Virus record (IMG/VR): IMGVR_UViG_3300011723_000019
Span: 2,000 to 65,999 of that record
DNA: 64,000 nucleotides
Source: a virus
Lineage: Duplodnaviria; Caudoviricetes
Strand: one strand, 5' to 3'
Shown here: positions 53,491 to 62,800 of the stretch, piece by piece
Position numbering within the stretch: position 1 is the first letter of the stretch
Layout: each line of letters starts with the position of its first letter
The notes under the pieces: generated by a model
Told to the model about the DNA's origin: nothing
The model's database searches: none
Seen by the model: the letters and a program-made list of their open reading frames with translations, nothing else
Made by a program: the position numbers and the translations under genes

Positions 53491-56082
53491 ATGGCAAAAT
53501 CATATAAAGTAAGCGTATTTGCAGGGACAAAAGTTGTCGCGGATATGGCTCAGCAGGTAAAGAATGCAACGATTGAAGCATCTATTCAATTGAAAACGAT
53601 CAAAGGTGGGGCAACCTCAGCTACTCCAACAATATTGGCTCCTGGTCCTTCAGGAGCAAACAGAAAAATGGAGGATGTCCAAGGGTGGTTTGTTAACGGA
53701 ACTGCAGCCAATCCTCCTGTAGCGACTGGCACGCCTTGGGAAGCACCCGCAGGCAATAAAAATACTAACTGGTGGAACGGCACTACCTGGAGCTTAGGAA
53801 GCAGTGTTCCTTTGCCAAAAGGCCAAGGATTACTTGCGCTTTTCGATGCCGCTAAAGCAGGGGGATATGCAAAGGATGCTCAAGTTAGGGATGCTAACGG
53901 TGTAATCTATGTGAGCTTGAAGGATGGCAACACGAGTGCTTTAAGTGTTAAGGAAGATTGGAAATCTTTGTCTTGGAGTTCCGCAATATCTGCAAGTAAT
54001 GGCTGGAAAATAGTTGCTGGAAATGCAATATCAAGAGTAACAATTGTAAAAACTACAGATTACGCAACTGGCTTTTTTCAAATTGAGGGGCGATTTTTAG
54101 TGTTTAACTATGCCGGAGGTTTTTATTACTTAAATAGCGTTAAAATAGACTTTACGAGCGGTAACGACATTTTTTATTTATCAGAAAGTGCAACCGAATT
54201 TATACCGTTAAATGCAACAGACCGAACAATTGAGGGGCGAGAGTGTTTTGTTAGAACAATGCCGTTGGGTAATGAAAGAAACTTTAATACGGTTGTGATA
54301 GGAGTTTCGTTTGCCGGTGCCGGGTGGGATTCTGAACATGTGGAATTTTCTTTGGAAAAAGGAGATATGCAATTTGTTTTAAAACCAAGCGAAAGCGGTA
54401 TTAAAGTTGAAAAAAACGCCGATTTGTCAATTAATGTAACGATAACAGAGAGAACGCCGATATTTTCCCAAAGGTTATGGTCGTCGTTTTTATGGATTAA
54501 CCCACAAACAATAAAAATACCAAACGGAAGTTATTTAGTTTTAAAAAGAGCCGGAACAATAGCGGGTACTTTTGCATATAATTTCAATACAAAAATACCT
54601 TCACAAACGTATGTTGATTTTGACGTTGTCGATTACAATTATTATGATTTTAATTTTCAAAATGCGGTTATAGCTTTTAATTGGAACGGTTCGTTAAATT
54701 CAAGGTCGGAATGTTTATTGACAAGAAAACAACAAGGTTCGGAAATAGATATTTTTAGACATATTGAAAAATTCCCGGTTAGAAATGAAATTGCGCCTTT
54801 TATAAAAAAAGTAAATGAGTTAACAGATAATGACCCACCTTTGGATATAATGTTGTTGGGCGATTCAATTAATAATTTCCAACACACAGGAGGGGCGGAA
54901 ACGTGGAAAACAGATAAAACGGTTGAGCCGCAATCATTATACGGCAATACATTAGCACGTTTTATTTGGCGTTATTTTAATTATACATTTTCAAACAGGT
55001 TAGACGATAGCGTTGCAATTCCTTTTTCAAATAAAAAACCTGAGGAATGGGGAAATTTACGTTTTTTAAGAGTTGACAATGCTAATGTTGTTAAAAACGG
55101 GGAGTTTATACCGCACGGAACTCGTAAAAGCGACGGAAAACGAATTTATTGGGGACAACGTGAATATATAGGTCAAGGCAGTACAGCGTTAGGAGGTTTT
55201 AGAGGGGTTTTGCCCGATAAAGATTTGATTACAACAACCATTGGAGAGATTGAAACGCATAACCGAGTTTATTTTTTCAATAAAGATTTAGACAGTAGTT
55301 TGCAATTTACAATTGATAAAGCGGCAAAAGGGTTTTCGGTTGTTTTTTGGGGAGATATTCCAACGTTTGGTTATCCGCAAATAAACGGGGAAACGTGGTT
55401 GTATTTATCTCGAAACGTACAGGTTGAAGTTAACGGGGTTATTATTGATAATTTAGATTTGACCACATATAGAGGTCAAAGTCGTAAAGATTATAATCTT
55501 ATGGAAACTGGAGGGAACTTCGTAATTAAGCTAACTAATAAAGATTCAGGACGTTTGATGAATTTTTGGGGGCTTGAATATTGGGTTGGAAAATGCGTTC
55601 GTTTAACGAATTACGCATTAGCGGGAAATAGTACGCATTCATATATGTACGGTAATAGTTCAGAATACTGGATTGACAATAAAAAAGCCGATTTAATTTT
55701 TTGGCAATTATCAAATTTGAATAATGCTGGTGGTTATGCAGAACAAAACAACTTTAAAGCAATGGGGCAAAAATTAAAAACATTAAACGTCCCTATTTTA
55801 GCAACAAATTGCCATAGTCCTATAGAATCTAATCCTACATCAACTAATTATAAAGAATTAGCTACAGCAGAAAAAGTATGGCAACATCCTGATGTGTGGG
55901 GTGCCGGAAAAGGTTTGCAAATGCTAGGAATACCTTATTTAGATAGTTGGGCTGTTTTTTCAGAGATAGGGTTTGCCAATAAGTTTATGGGCGAATATGC
56001 AGACTTACTTATAGATACGGCGCATTTAGCTGAGAAAGGGCGAGATTTATACATTGATATTTTTAAGAAGGTTTTGATATAA
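53491..56082 (+). CDS. Tail spike/receptor-binding protein with an SGNH hydrolase domain
   Basis: LLGDSI (block I Ser), NYALAG (block II), DTAH (block V DxxH). Confidence 0.75.
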   Translation: MAKSYKVSVFAGTKVVADMAQQVKNATIEASIQLKTIKGGATSATPTILAPGPSGANRKMEDVQGWFVNGTAANPPVATGTPWEAPAGNKNTNWWNGTTWSLGSSVPLPKGQGLLALFDAAKAGGYAKDAQVRDANGVIYVSLKDGNTSALSVKEDWKSLSWSSAISASNGWKIVAGNAISRVTIVKTTDYATGFFQIEGRFLVFNYAGGFYYLNSVKIDFTSGNDIFYLSESATEFIPLNATDRTIEGRECFVRTMPLGNERNFNTVVIGVSFAGAGWDSEHVEFSLEKGDMQFVLKPSESGIKVEKNADLSINVTITERTPIFSQRLWSSFLWINPQTIKIPNGSYLVLKRAGTIAGTFAYNFNTKIPSQTYVDFDVVDYNYYDFNFQNAVIAFNWNGSLNSRSECLLTRKQQGSEIDIFRHIEKFPVRNEIAPFIKKVNELTDNDPPLDIMLLGDSINNFQHTGGAETWKTDKTVEPQSLYGNTLARFIWRYFNYTFSNRLDDSVAIPFSNKKPEEWGNLRFLRVDNANVVKNGEFIPHGTRKSDGKRIYWGQREYIGQGSTALGGFRGVLPDKDLITTTIGEIETHNRVYFFNKDLDSSLQFTIDKAAKGFSVVFWGDIPTFGYPQINGETWLYLSRNVQVEVNGVIIDNLDLTTYRGQSRKDYNLMETGGNFVIKLTNKDSGRLMNFWGLEYWVGKCVRLTNYALAGNSTHSYMYGNSSEYWIDNKKADLIFWQLSNLNNAGGYAEQNNFKAMGQKLKTLNVPILATNCHSPIESNPTSTNYKELATAEKVWQHPDVWGAGKGLQMLGIPYLDSWAVFSEIGFANKFMGEYADLLIDTAHLAEKGRDLYIDIFKKVLI

Positions 56083-56087
56083 TCTAT

Positions 56088-56103
56088 TGCCCCTTCGGGG
56101 GCA
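56088..56103. terminator. Hairpin TGCCCC-TTCG-GGGGCA
   Basis: C(UUCG)G tetraloop stem right after the RBP stop. Confidence 0.6.
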
Positions 56104-56210
56104 TTAACTTAAAAAAAAGGGGATGAAGACCGGGAAAGAATCATTACAATATATCCAAAGAGTCGGGGAGAGATGCTCATTGGATACTTTGTAATTAAAA
56201 ATATAAATTT

Positions 56211-56699
56211 ATGCAAGTAAAAAGCAATCTACTATACAATAACGACGGAACTTCAGTTGGGTTCCGTCCGACTCTAAACAAAGGGAGCGTAATCACTCCA
56301 ATTTACATCGTGATGCATTACGATGCAGCACCTAATTCAACCAGTGCGATCAACTGGATGACAGATCCGAAGAGCCAGGTGTCGGCACACCTGCACATTA
56401 GCCGGGAGGGGGTAGTTACCCAACTGGTGCCGTTCAATTTAAAAGCCTGGCATGCTGGAGTGAGTAAGTGGAGAGGTTTAACCGGGTTAAATTCCTATAG
56501 TATCGGAATCGAGCTGCAGAACACCGGTTCTCAACAATACACGGATGTGCAGATCAATGCTGCCATCGAAGCATGCAAGGCGATTATTGCCAATTATCCA
56601 ATCAAGGAAATCATTGGCCACTCGGATATCGCTCCAGGAAGGAAGCCTGATCCGGGACCACAATTTCCTTGGGCAAAGTTCAAATCGCTAATTAATTAG
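56211..56699 (+). CDS. N-acetylmuramoyl-L-alanine amidase (Amidase_2), second endolysin
   Basis: IVMHY, SAHL, AWHAG, SIGIEL, GHSDIAPGRKPDPG. Confidence 0.92.
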   Translation: MQVKSNLLYNNDGTSVGFRPTLNKGSVITPIYIVMHYDAAPNSTSAINWMTDPKSQVSAHLHISREGVVTQLVPFNLKAWHAGVSKWRGLTGLNSYSIGIELQNTGSQQYTDVQINAAIEACKAIIANYPIKEIIGHSDIAPGRKPDPGPQFPWAKFKSLIN

Positions 56700-56700
56700 G

Positions 56701-58770
56701 ATGGCTTTACCATTTGCAATTATTACGGATGAGGGTGTCATGCTGGATGTTTCACCAGGCAGTAAATTGACTGTTGAATTTGTTGCGACGACCTTCAATG
56801 AGGAGACTGTTCTGAAGGGATCCTATACGTATCCGGTTACTTTTCCTCCGACAGAGAAAAATGATATGGCTTTGGGTTATGGCCGGTTCCTGGAGAACCG
56901 GCTAGGCCGAAAGTCCATCGATGTGAATATTTCGCTGCTGGGAATGTCCTGGAAACGTGCTAAATTGGAGTACGATATTTCTGCCCGAAGCAAATATGAA
57001 GGTTATTTGACGATTGACAATTCAATCGTCGCTGATCTGATGAGGGATAAGACAATTGCTGAAGTATTCACTACCACGATCAATTCAAAATTTGTTTCCC
57101 ACAAGTCGATCCGGATCGACGGACCAGGAGCAGGGATCAATGATAAAATTGTCGCTATAAACAGTTCTATTGGAGTCTATCCTTTCTGCATGCCGACCTA
57201 TTTTAATCCTATGGCCACTGGAGTTCTCAAAAGTAAAAGTGATGGGTCAAATGATGTTGATTTTGAAAAGTCTGTAATCAATGATTTTTCGAATGGATAC
57301 ACTATTAATGGTAATAGTTTATACGGTGCATTTTTCTACTTGACCTGGGTGATCAAAGAAGTGTGTGCTTTTCTCGGATTTCAGGCTGAGGGATCTTATT
57401 TGGATGACAGTTTTATAAAATCACTGATCATAGATAATACCGGAACCAGGACTGCTGATGATATTTTGGCAAATGGTATGATCTACCCTGCTCAGCATTT
57501 GCCAAAGTTATCCATTGCAGATTTTTTTAAAGCCCTCCGGAATGATCATCGTGTGATGATCTATTTTGACTCACAAACAAAAAAAGCCTACTTTGAGAAA
57601 GCGACCAAGATATTGTCCGAACCTAACCGGTTGGATATATCCGGTATGCAGATCAAAGACTCTGTGTCGATAAAAAGGCAGTCAATTAGCGCCTATAAAT
57701 TGCTCACTAAAGTAGATGATGCAGATGAAATGTACAAGGTGCTGCCCTATGAAGGATCGGTCATTGTGGGGTATACGGATTCATTTAAAGAAGTGGAGAT
57801 GGCTATCGGTCGTCCCTTTATGTGGGCGGAGAAACTTTGGAATATTGAGAATGTACGGTTGCCCCGGAAGACACAGATGGGCAATTGCTATGGAGTCGCG
57901 CTGACCGAATTGCCGGCATACAATGCGGATAATACTTATGGCAAAAATTCTTTTGCTTTCCGGCTGCTTTCCTATAAAGGCTCGGTCGGATTTGGCGGTC
58001 CAGTATGGATCGCTGAAGCTACAGCGGATGATATCGGTAATCTCAACAGAACATTTAATAATTCGCTAGCTCTGGGCGGTGAAAAGGGGGTAATCAATCG
58101 TTTTTCATTGGCATGGTATGCTTACTACTGCATTTCTGAGCAGGTAGAAATTTCCGCAAAATTTGATGTTATTCAGTTTATGGCAATTAATCCATTGCAA
58201 AAGTTGCTGATTGCAGATGTAAACAAGGCAAAAGTAGAGGCGCTGATCGATAAGGTTACATTTGAGCCTACGAATAATTCTGAGCGCATCGATGCGAAGG
58301 TGATCTGTTATCCACATTATGATCTCAATGCAATAGCATCTGGATTTAGGGTGGTTGTCAACTCTCCTGAGACGATTGATCCGGAAGGAAAGCTCTATGC
58401 TAAGGTTCTGTTGAAAATTAAACCTAATGGCAATAGTTATCGAAGTTATGCTGATCTTATTTTGGAGTTATATCAGGACAGTCAAACGTCTATTCCTGCT
58501 CTCTCTGTAAATAATCTAAATGTACATGTTGACAGGAGAATCGTCAATTTTGATGATCAGTCAATTCGGGAAGAGGGGTCTTATGGCGATTATGTGGTAT
58601 CTGAGAATGTTGTTGTGCTGGCATCGAATGTTGATCGCTATTGGTGGAGATACGACGGAAGGGATGCGCTGATGTATTATATGGTGAGCGATCCTTCTTT
58701 ATTGCATGATAAATTTGAAATCATGGGCCACTGGGTTGTTCAGCTCGATGGACAGAAAGTTTCTTATTAA
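56701..58770 (+). CDS. Tail-tip/hub structural protein
   Basis: GSYTYPVTFP and HLPKLSIADFFKAL motifs; adjacent to TMP. Confidence 0.6.
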   Translation: MALPFAIITDEGVMLDVSPGSKLTVEFVATTFNEETVLKGSYTYPVTFPPTEKNDMALGYGRFLENRLGRKSIDVNISLLGMSWKRAKLEYDISARSKYEGYLTIDNSIVADLMRDKTIAEVFTTTINSKFVSHKSIRIDGPGAGINDKIVAINSSIGVYPFCMPTYFNPMATGVLKSKSDGSNDVDFEKSVINDFSNGYTINGNSLYGAFFYLTWVIKEVCAFLGFQAEGSYLDDSFIKSLIIDNTGTRTADDILANGMIYPAQHLPKLSIADFFKALRNDHRVMIYFDSQTKKAYFEKATKILSEPNRLDISGMQIKDSVSIKRQSISAYKLLTKVDDADEMYKVLPYEGSVIVGYTDSFKEVEMAIGRPFMWAEKLWNIENVRLPRKTQMGNCYGVALTELPAYNADNTYGKNSFAFRLLSYKGSVGFGGPVWIAEATADDIGNLNRTFNNSLALGGEKGVINRFSLAWYAYYCISEQVEISAKFDVIQFMAINPLQKLLIADVNKAKVEALIDKVTFEPTNNSERIDAKVICYPHYDLNAIASGFRVVVNSPETIDPEGKLYAKVLLKIKPNGNSYRSYADLILELYQDSQTSIPALSVNNLNVHVDRRIVNFDDQSIREEGSYGDYVVSENVVVLASNVDRYWWRYDGRDALMYYMVSDPSLLHDKFEIMGHWVVQLDGQKVSY

Positions 58771-58812
58771 CGAAGATTAATATTTTAATTGACGGCTCCT
58801 TCCAGGGGCCGT

Positions 58813-58847
58813 TGTCGTTTCATGCAAAAATTCCGGAAGGAATTTCG
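58813..58847 (+). promoter_or_regulatory. Late promoter motif (copy 6, variant)
   Basis: TGTCGTTTC-N22-TTCG, ATG at 58852. Confidence 0.6.
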
Positions 58848-58851
58848 TTGC

Positions 58852-61800
58852 ATGGCTTCGAATAATGAAAATAGAGGGGTTAATATATACCTCAATGCAA
58901 ATGCAGCTGATGATACACTAAAACAGCTCAAAGCCTCGGCCACGAGGTTGCGGAACGAATTGGCATTATTGCCCAGGGGATCCGAGGAATTTGCCGAAAA
59001 AAGCAAAATTCTCGATCAGGTCAAGGATCGTCTAAAGAGCCTGCGCGATGAGGCAGAAGGTACTCGAGAAAGTTTCTTCAATCTCAAGGGTGAGTTAGCT
59101 GAGTTAGCCAAGTTGGCAATAGGAGCTACCATAGGCGGATCATTCATCGATGTTGCTAAGAATATCATCTCTCAAAATAGTAAACTTTCCGATTCGTTTG
59201 CCGGCGTTATGAAAACCACCGGGCTGACTGAAGTCCAGGTTGAAGCCGTAAATAGATCCCTTCAAAAAATTGATACCAGGACAGCTAAGGAAGAGCTACT
59301 AGGCTTAGCTCAAGTAGCTGGTAAATTGGGCTATTCCACAGTGGAGGATGTCGAGGGCTTTGTACGTGCTGCAGATAAAATTGGTGTTGCACTGGGAGAA
59401 GATCTCGGGGGGACTGAAGAAGCAGTAAATGAGCTCGGTAAACTGCTCGATATTTTTAAGGTTAAAGATGAATTCGGTATCGAATCAGGACTCCTGAAAG
59501 TCGGTTCTGCAATCAATGACCTTGGGGCAAGTGGGACAGCCAATGAAAAAAATCTTATTGAATTTTCTGCGAAGTTGGCCGGTATAGCTCCAGCTGCTAA
59601 AATATCGCTTCCTAATGTACTTGGGATGGCATCCGTGATGGACGAATTGGGTCAAAAGGTTCAAGTTTCCTCTACAGCCATTGGCCAATTCATTACCGGC
59701 CTTGGTAGTGATGTTCCTAGATATGCAAAGATTGCTGGAATGGAGGTCCAGGCGTTCGCTAATCTTCTGAGAGATGATGCAAATGAAGCTATGATGCGTG
59801 TCTTAGATGCATCAAAAAATACCGGTGGAGGTATTGCGGAACTTGCCAAAAATATGAAAGCTTTGGATATTACCGGAGCTGAAGGACGTGCAGCTATTGG
59901 ATCTTTAGCTAATAATATTGACTTGTTGAGACAGCGTCAAGATGAAGCTAACCAAAGCTTCCAGGACGGAACTTCAATTACAGCCGAATTTGATACCGTT
60001 AATAACAACCTTGCAGGGACTATTGATAAGCTTTCAAACCGCTGGGCTACCATTTGGGAGAATTCCAAAATGAGAGAATGGTTGACCGCTGCCACCGAAG
60101 GATTAATCAAACTTACGGATTGGCTATTGGTTTCCCGGGATGGGATAGAGGATATGAATAATGCGCTACATAAGCAAGAAGAGGGCGTTATAAGTCTCGA
60201 AAAATCAACATCTCCCCTAGTAACACGTTATGAGGAGCTAAAAGGAAAGACCACCCTAACGAAGACTGAACAGGAAGAACTTCGCAAAGTTATTGATCAA
60301 TTGGCAGTACTTATTCCTACAGCCGTGACCGAATGGGGCGAATACGGCCGCGCCATTGATATTAATACAGGGAAGGTTCGTGCATTTACAAAAGCTCAAA
60401 GAGAACTTTTCGAGTTACAGAATAGAGATAATATAAGTGATCAGAAAACTCAATTTGATACATATATCAAACTTGCGAAACAAGCTCAAGAAAAAGCTAA
60501 TCAAGGATTAAAAGACGCAAATAATCCTAATAATACCTGGTTTGATAATCGAATGGCCAAAGGAGCTATCAAGACTGGGAACGATGAAAATCTTAGGATG
60601 ATGGGGCAGGCATACAAAGCCGCTGTTTCTCTCCGGGATGTATATCACCAAGAACTTACTCCTCAGATGAAAAGTGTCATAGAATATTTTGATGGTATAA
60701 GTGACGCCGCAAAAAAAGCTAATGATAACGTTGATAAAAAACCGGAAATAAATAAAGGTGATGCACTGATTGTTTCTCCAGATAAAAAGCCCAAGAAAAG
60801 CCAGGAAGAAAAAGATCGAGAAGCTGCGCAAAAGCTCTATGAAAAACTTGTAGACGAGGAAAAACTCTTTAATGCTCAACGCTACCAGGAGCAGCTTGCA
60901 GAAAATGACAAGGAAATTGCCCTTGAGGAAGCTAAGTACGATAAGTTGATCGAAGCCTGGGAAGGTTTCCGTGATAAAAAAGGAGCGAGTGAACAGGAAC
61001 GTTTGGAAGCTGAGGGCCGGGTTCTTTTCCTTCAGGCTGATAAGGAATCAGCAATTGCTCAGTTGCGTGAAAAGCAGGAGAAAGAAATCTCTGAAGCTAT
61101 AACCAAAATCCGCTCCGACATGGGGCAAAAGATGCTTACTGAGCTGGATCGGGAACAGATACGGATTAATGAGCATTATCAGAAGCTGCTGAAAGATGCA
61201 GGTACCAATGAAGCCCAAAAAGCGCAAATTCAGGAGGCGTGGGAAAGAGAGATTGCACAGTCCAAAATTCGGGAGCGAGAACGGGTCGAGAAGGAAATTA
61301 AAGTCTTAGAAACAGGTACCACCGGATTTGTTAAAGATGAGCATAAACGGAGAATAGCAGAGATTGAAGCCCAACACGATCTTGAGCTAGAAAAGCTTAA
61401 AGAAAAGTACTCGCTGGAGATTCAGGAGACTGAACTTTTCAAGCAGGCAATGGCCGCTCTCGACGCTAAATATCAGCAGAAAAAGGATGAGGAGAATGGT
61501 AAGGCCGATAAGGATCGCGCAAAGAAAATAAAGGACGCTGCCATCCAAGCTGCAGAGGATTTGTCCGGAGCTTTGTTTCAAATTGGAGCCAACAATCGGC
61601 AGGCTGAACTCGATGCAGCCCTATCCAATATCGAGAAGCAGCGTGAAAAGGAATTGTCTAATAAAAATCTCTCGGAAGCTCAAAAAAAGGCAATCAATGA
61701 TAAGTATGACAAGCAGGCCCGTACTGAAAAACTGAAAGCCTGGAAGGCTGATAAAAATGCATCATTGCTTCAGGCCGGGATCAACACAGCTTTGGCAGTG

Positions 61801-62283
61801 ACGAAGGCATTGCCAAATGTATTCCTGGCAGCAGCTGCAGCAGCTGCAGGAGCTGCACAGATTGCGGTAATTGCAGCTACAAAACCACCACAATTTTTCC
61901 ACGGTGGTTTTACTCCAGGAAAGAAAGCTCAGGGTAAGGTTAACGAACCGACTTTGTTTACTAACTCATTGGGAAATCAATTTACTGCAGGTGAAAACTA
62001 TATGCCGGAATATGTGATTTCTTCAGAACAGTTGCGTGATCCTCGAATTGCAAATTTCGTCGATATGATGGAGGCCGGTAGAATTAATCAAATTGGAAGT
62101 CTGACAGCTCAGTCTCCAGTGATTGTTCAGAACAATTCTGATACTTCAGTCCTGGAGAGTAAGATGGATCTACTTTATCAGGCTATGATCGCCATGGGTG
62201 ATAAAAAGGTCATCATGTTGTTTTCTGAATTTGAAAATGCCCAGGATACGAAAGTTAAAATTGAAAACACTGTAAATTCTTAA
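58852..62283 (+). CDS. Tail tape measure protein (TP901-type core), 1143 aa
   Basis: VMKTTGLT...QVAGKLG core and long coiled coil; ATG 58852 in frame. Confidence 0.9.
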   Translation: MASNNENRGVNIYLNANAADDTLKQLKASATRLRNELALLPRGSEEFAEKSKILDQVKDRLKSLRDEAEGTRESFFNLKGELAELAKLAIGATIGGSFIDVAKNIISQNSKLSDSFAGVMKTTGLTEVQVEAVNRSLQKIDTRTAKEELLGLAQVAGKLGYSTVEDVEGFVRAADKIGVALGEDLGGTEEAVNELGKLLDIFKVKDEFGIESGLLKVGSAINDLGASGTANEKNLIEFSAKLAGIAPAAKISLPNVLGMASVMDELGQKVQVSSTAIGQFITGLGSDVPRYAKIAGMEVQAFANLLRDDANEAMMRVLDASKNTGGGIAELAKNMKALDITGAEGRAAIGSLANNIDLLRQRQDEANQSFQDGTSITAEFDTVNNNLAGTIDKLSNRWATIWENSKMREWLTAATEGLIKLTDWLLVSRDGIEDMNNALHKQEEGVISLEKSTSPLVTRYEELKGKTTLTKTEQEELRKVIDQLAVLIPTAVTEWGEYGRAIDINTGKVRAFTKAQRELFELQNRDNISDQKTQFDTYIKLAKQAQEKANQGLKDANNPNNTWFDNRMAKGAIKTGNDENLRMMGQAYKAAVSLRDVYHQELTPQMKSVIEYFDGISDAAKKANDNVDKKPEINKGDALIVSPDKKPKKSQEEKDREAAQKLYEKLVDEEKLFNAQRYQEQLAENDKEIALEEAKYDKLIEAWEGFRDKKGASEQERLEAEGRVLFLQADKESAIAQLREKQEKEISEAITKIRSDMGQKMLTELDREQIRINEHYQKLLKDAGTNEAQKAQIQEAWEREIAQSKIRERERVEKEIKVLETGTTGFVKDEHKRRIAEIEAQHDLELEKLKEKYSLEIQETELFKQAMAALDAKYQQKKDEENGKADKDRAKKIKDAAIQAAEDLSGALFQIGANNRQAELDAALSNIEKQREKELSNKNLSEAQKKAINDKYDKQARTEKLKAWKADKNASLLQAGINTALAVTKALPNVFLAAAAAAAGAAQIAVIAATKPPQFFHGGFTPGKKAQGKVNEPTLFTNSLGNQFTAGENYMPEYVISSEQLRDPRIANFVDMMEAGRINQIGSLTAQSPVIVQNNSDTSVLESKMDLLYQAMIAMGDKKVIMLFSEFENAQDTKVKIENTVNS

Positions 62284-62285
62284 AA

Positions 62286-62702
62286 ATGTGGAATAATCGA
62301 ATAAAAGCCTGGGGAGGAGAAACTATCACCTCCATTAAAGGCAGCTATGCAGCTATGGTAACCAGTACTCAGCAAACAGGAGAGGGTGAGAACTCGATCA
62401 AAATTAGATATAAGCAGGATTATGGTCAGATTGAAACGATAACATTTAAATTTCACCGTTATCTAGCTTTTTTGCATAAAGGGGCAGGAAAAGGTGTGGC
62501 CGGTTCAAAAGGTTCGACCTGGACAACAAAGTCCGGGCAAAAGAAAAGTACCAATCCAAAATCATTGGGCAAGCTGGGGACTGGGAAACGAAAAGCCAAA
62601 GAGTGGTTAAATCCTCAACTGGATCGCGCGGTTCCCAAACTAGCCGATCAGCTGCTCGAGGAGAAATGGGATGGGGCAATGAAAGCGCTGCAGCTTCAAT
62701 AA
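62286..62702 (+). CDS. Hypothetical phage protein (possible tail completion)
   Basis: Last late gene; FLHKGAGKG. Confidence 0.6.
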   Translation: MWNNRIKAWGGETITSIKGSYAAMVTSTQQTGEGENSIKIRYKQDYGQIETITFKFHRYLAFLHKGAGKGVAGSKGSTWTTKSGQKKSTNPKSLGKLGTGKRKAKEWLNPQLDRAVPKLADQLLEEKWDGAMKALQLQ

Positions 62703-62711
62703 TCTATGACC

Positions 62712-62790
62712 GTTCCAAGTGTTCCAAAAGGGCAATTGCCATAAAAAAGCCCTTTTCATTATCGAAAAGGGCGATTGGAACAATTGGAAC
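62712..62790. repeat. GTTCCAA x2 / TTGGAAC x2 flanking a terminator hairpin
   Basis: GTTCCAA 62712 and 62721; GCCCTTTTC/GAAAAGGGC 62749-62772; TTGGAAC 62775 and 62784. Confidence 0.7.
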
Positions 62791-62800
62791 ATTTTTGCTG

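Noticed and set aside
53491-58770. Diversity-generating retroelement acting on tail genes
   Set aside because: No reverse transcriptase ORF and no TR/VR pair noticed by eye
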